Below, in pieces: positions 46,471-49,223 of a stretch of DNA of 49,223 bases (position 1 is the stretch's first letter; each line of letters starts with the position of its first letter). Under the pieces are notes generated by a model that was given only the letters and a program-made list of their open reading frames with translations, was not told the origin of the DNA and did no database searches. This DNA is from Polymyxa betae A26-41. Lineage: Eukaryota > Protista > Endomyxa: Phytomyxea. The position numbers were made by a program, and so were the translations under genes. The stretch lies in NCBI GenBank assembly GCA_003693705.1, contig RBZT01000544.1, positions 1 through 49,223 on the forward strand, in the 5' to 3' direction.

Positions 46471-47946
46471 TTGCGTGAAGTCCAGGTGCAGTTTCTACAG
46501 ACGCTTTAACTTGGTTGGCGAAAGCTATTAAGGTATTGAAGCGAATGTAATTCGGCGTTGCTTCGCGAAAGCTAACGTCCTACCGCTCGATACCGCCGCT
46601 GATGCGAATAATGATATTTTACGTCGTACGCCGTTATTATCGATGGTACAGTAGGTAAAAGCAGTTAGTCATTGGCTGGATCGGCTGCGCGCTCGATTAT
46701 GACAGATCAAACCGTGGTGTCGCTCGATATCGATGGGATTAAGGACGTACTGGGCTCGTCCCAAAGGAATCTTCATTGACAGCAAAGGTTGCAGCTCGTG
46801 CGGTAGCTGATACCTGCAACCTGGAAGGCAATGGACCAAATCTATCTCCGATACAATTGCGAGGGACATGGTAAAGGCTCACCATTCACCAAGGGCCAAA
46901 GAATCGTTAAAAACCTGCGCTGCCATCTACGCGCCTGGGTAAATTAATTTTTGGGGTGTTATTGGCTTCTTCGCTGTGCAAAAAATCCAACTTCATGGTA
47001 TTCAAGATCGCAGAGACTAGATTCGATTTCAAGACTGTAACTTCTTTTCTCATGTTCCAACCAGCGGCGGTGGCCCTGATCGTCGGCCAAGTCACTTCAA
47101 ATTTGTGCTCCTTCCTGTCCTCTATTCATATCATTATTGTGGGTGGGCTTATATCTGTTATTGCTGCTTCGGGGCTTGCAGTTTTTATAAAGTCACCAAA
47201 TAACGGCCGAGTAAAGAAGAAGGATATTTTCTGGTCGACAGCGCTTAGCATGACTGCGTTTTGGATGTTTACTGCCACGGCCGAAGTGCTGTTGGCTGCT
47301 CTCGCAACCTCCGCCAAGATCTCAATTCCATTTGCGAGTGTTGCAGGAGCGTTGCTCTGCATTTCTACAATTGCTGTCATAACCAACAGCCTGCCTTAGA
47401 TATTTATCAGGTGTTACACTCTGTAACTGTTAGTTTATTCAATAAAACCAGCAACAGGAACGAACTGGCCTTCAGTTCGTTCAACGCCGTTTTGAATCAA
47501 CTTCTTCGTCTCGTTTGGCCGTAGCTTAAATCCCTCGTCATCGTCTTCCTGTTCTTCGTTCTTCAACTCTTCTCTTATTATTCTTCTGTATTCTAAGGCT
47601 TCTACTTGCTTCATTATATCTGTTATAGTTTATTCATTATATAGTTGGTTCTTGACAATTGCTGCCTCAATAATGGGCGTGAGGCGAATCCGAGATCTTG
47701 ACACAGAATTTGATAGTGAAAATTGGGCCTGGAACGGCGGGCATTGGTATTGCCAACATGCATATCGAACGTTTTGCACAAGAATTAATGGAAGCGTGGC
47801 TGTCGCCCATGCCAGTGTATAACACCTGCGTTCTGTGTCAATGTCGCGGTTGACACCCAGTTTCCCACAACTGTCCATCTCGGTTAACGACTCCTAAGCG
47901 GATTCGATCCGAAGTTTGTATTAACTGTGCCTGGACTTCACAGCAA
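46471..47946. mobile_element. ~1.5-kb element bounded by imperfect inverted repeats (core GTGAAGTCCAGG), possibly pogo-derived
   Basis: About 27 of 33 positions match between 46471-46502 and the revcomp of 47914-47946. An adjacent fragment DALTWLAKA.../IRRCFAKANVLP resembles a DDE_1 transposase C-terminus. No clear TSD. Confidence 0.5.
46956..47399 (+). CDS. Hypothetical multi-pass membrane ORF inside the IR-bounded element
   Basis: 147 uninterrupted codons with about 4 hydrophobic segments; family not recognised. Confidence 0.3.
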   Translation: MLLASSLCKKSNFMVFKIAETRFDFKTVTSFLMFQPAAVALIVGQVTSNLCSFLSSIHIIIVGGLISVIAASGLAVFIKSPNNGRVKKKDIFWSTALSMTAFWMFTATAEVLLAALATSAKISIPFASVAGALLCISTIAVITNSLP

Positions 47947-48306
47947 TTAAACTAACCAAAACGTACAAAGTTGCCAAATTGTGTAATAAGGATATGTCTG
48001 GGATCGTTGTGCTGATCGGCGATCAAAACATTGTGCATGCTGCGTTAGCCATGCCTGGATCGCCTCTAAATCAAGCTGATAACGCGGCTGCGTCGGTGAT
48101 AGCCTTCGAAAGGTTCCTGATTGCCAGCGCAGGTGCTGTCGTCGCAGCCAATCAACATGTGCCTGGTGTTACGTCCGCTTCCGTCGCGCTCTCCACAGCG
48201 CAGCCCCTGGGCGCGCGAGCCGCACTCCGATGCAGCCGGTCTCGGAGCAACCTTCGTCGCAACCCTTACGCCGCAGCCACACAAGTTTCCTGAGTTGAGT
48301 ACCCTA

Positions 48307-48638
48307 CCATAATCCAAAAATGACAAAGCGAACCTTTAGCATGACCGCTTTTGGATTTTGATATTGGAGATCGGAGTGCTGCTTTACGCTCTTAACTCAG
48401 CCTCAATCATCTCCTCGATGTGGATGGTTAGCACAGGTTCTGTCATGACAGTTATTGCGCTTGTGATCTCACGTGCTGAGGTGCACCGCATTCGAAATGT
48501 TGGGCACGCGGCCTGCACAGGAACATCCGTCATACATTTTGCAAACTGTGCGGAGTCTGATCGCAGATGATGTTCTCTCTGCTATTGCGAAAAGGGTTTG
48601 TCATTTTTGGAAAATCTTTTGTCATTTTTGGATTATGG
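48307..48638. mobile_element. MITE (Tc1/mariner-type), 332 bp
   Basis: Perfect 21-bp TIR CCATAATCCAAAAATGACAAA (48307-48327; revcomp 48618-48638), TA on both sides, extra internal copy of TTTGTCATTTTTGGA at 48597-48611. Confidence 0.88.
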
Positions 48639-49164
48639 TATTCAACTTTCCTACAAATTCCTTGCCTTGCCTACCTAACTCTAACCACTCAGGAATACAC
48701 TAACAATAACTGCCTCGCTCCTAACATCTGGCATGGCTTGGCATCATCTGTCGTCGCGTGAGACATTCAAAATCCTCTATTCTACTTGGCAAGTGCAACC
48801 AAAGGGTTACTGCGATCACGGCAGCTGCGTATGCTGGATTAGTCGCAACTACGCTGGCGTAAAACTTGTCAAGATGGCACGGTATGCTGAAGCCATATAC
48901 GATCTTGCTTGCGAACTGAGTTTGATGCACAGGAAGACGATCGCCCTGATGTTCATGGACCTGCGTCCAGGCCAAATGAACGATGGCCGTCGAAGCCTCG
49001 TTAAAGATATGCGCTCACAGCACTCTGGGCAGCGGTTCCATGATTGATTCTGGTTCATCTGTGTCAAGACAAGGGAGAGGAGGAATACGACGATACAAGA
49101 CTAATCGTGTATTGAATACTAGAAGGGAAAACAACAGGAAGACATTGCACCGGAGGTGCGTGGC

Positions 49165-49198
49165 GGACTAAATTATGTTATGGACTAAATTATGTTAT
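49165..49198 (+). repeat. 17-bp tandem duplication (GGACTAAATTATGTTAT)x2
   Basis: Read directly from the sequence. Confidence 0.8.
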
Positions 49199-49223
49199 GC
49201 TATGTCACTGTCAGTATTATGTT

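Overview
Eukaryotic nuclear DNA from a compact, intron-rich genome with mostly ~45-100 nt GT-AG introns. The intron style and gene set (7TM-RGS, SWEET, CSTPP1, secreted Gly-rich protein) suggest a flagellated protist such as a plasmodiophorid; this is an inference, not an identification. The window has three parts. (1) 1-6.5 kb is a transposon graveyard: the 3' end of a chromodomain Ty3/Gypsy element with PPT and LTR, a truncated PIF/Harbinger element joined in frame to an unrelated, possibly tyrosine-recombinase-like fragment, a hAT end and a Copia relic. (2) 7.4-43.8 kb is a tightly packed gene block: 7TM-RGS, two intronless Cdc25 paralogs, SERRATE/Ars2, a calmodulin-like protein with a presequence-like extension, a secreted Gly-rich protein, a TRPML-like channel, a membrane-anchored glutaredoxin, HGD, a GAF-PDE, Misato, a divergent SWEET, an HExxH protein, an NhaP/SOS1-type Na+/H+ exchanger, CTF18, CSTPP1 and two p24 paralogs. 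(3) 43.9-49.2 kb is a second relic zone: a small Mutator-like element with an 8-bp TSD, an AT-rich decayed glycoprotein-like ORF, a 1.5-kb element bounded by imperfect inverted repeats, and a MITE with perfect 21-bp TIRs. I found no clear multi-gene novel system. The best leads are the SWEET with symmetric pocket substitutions, the possibly mitochondrial calmodulin, the intronless Cdc25 pair with a conserved upstream element, and the env/virus-like relic. Exon boundaries were read by eye and are approximate.
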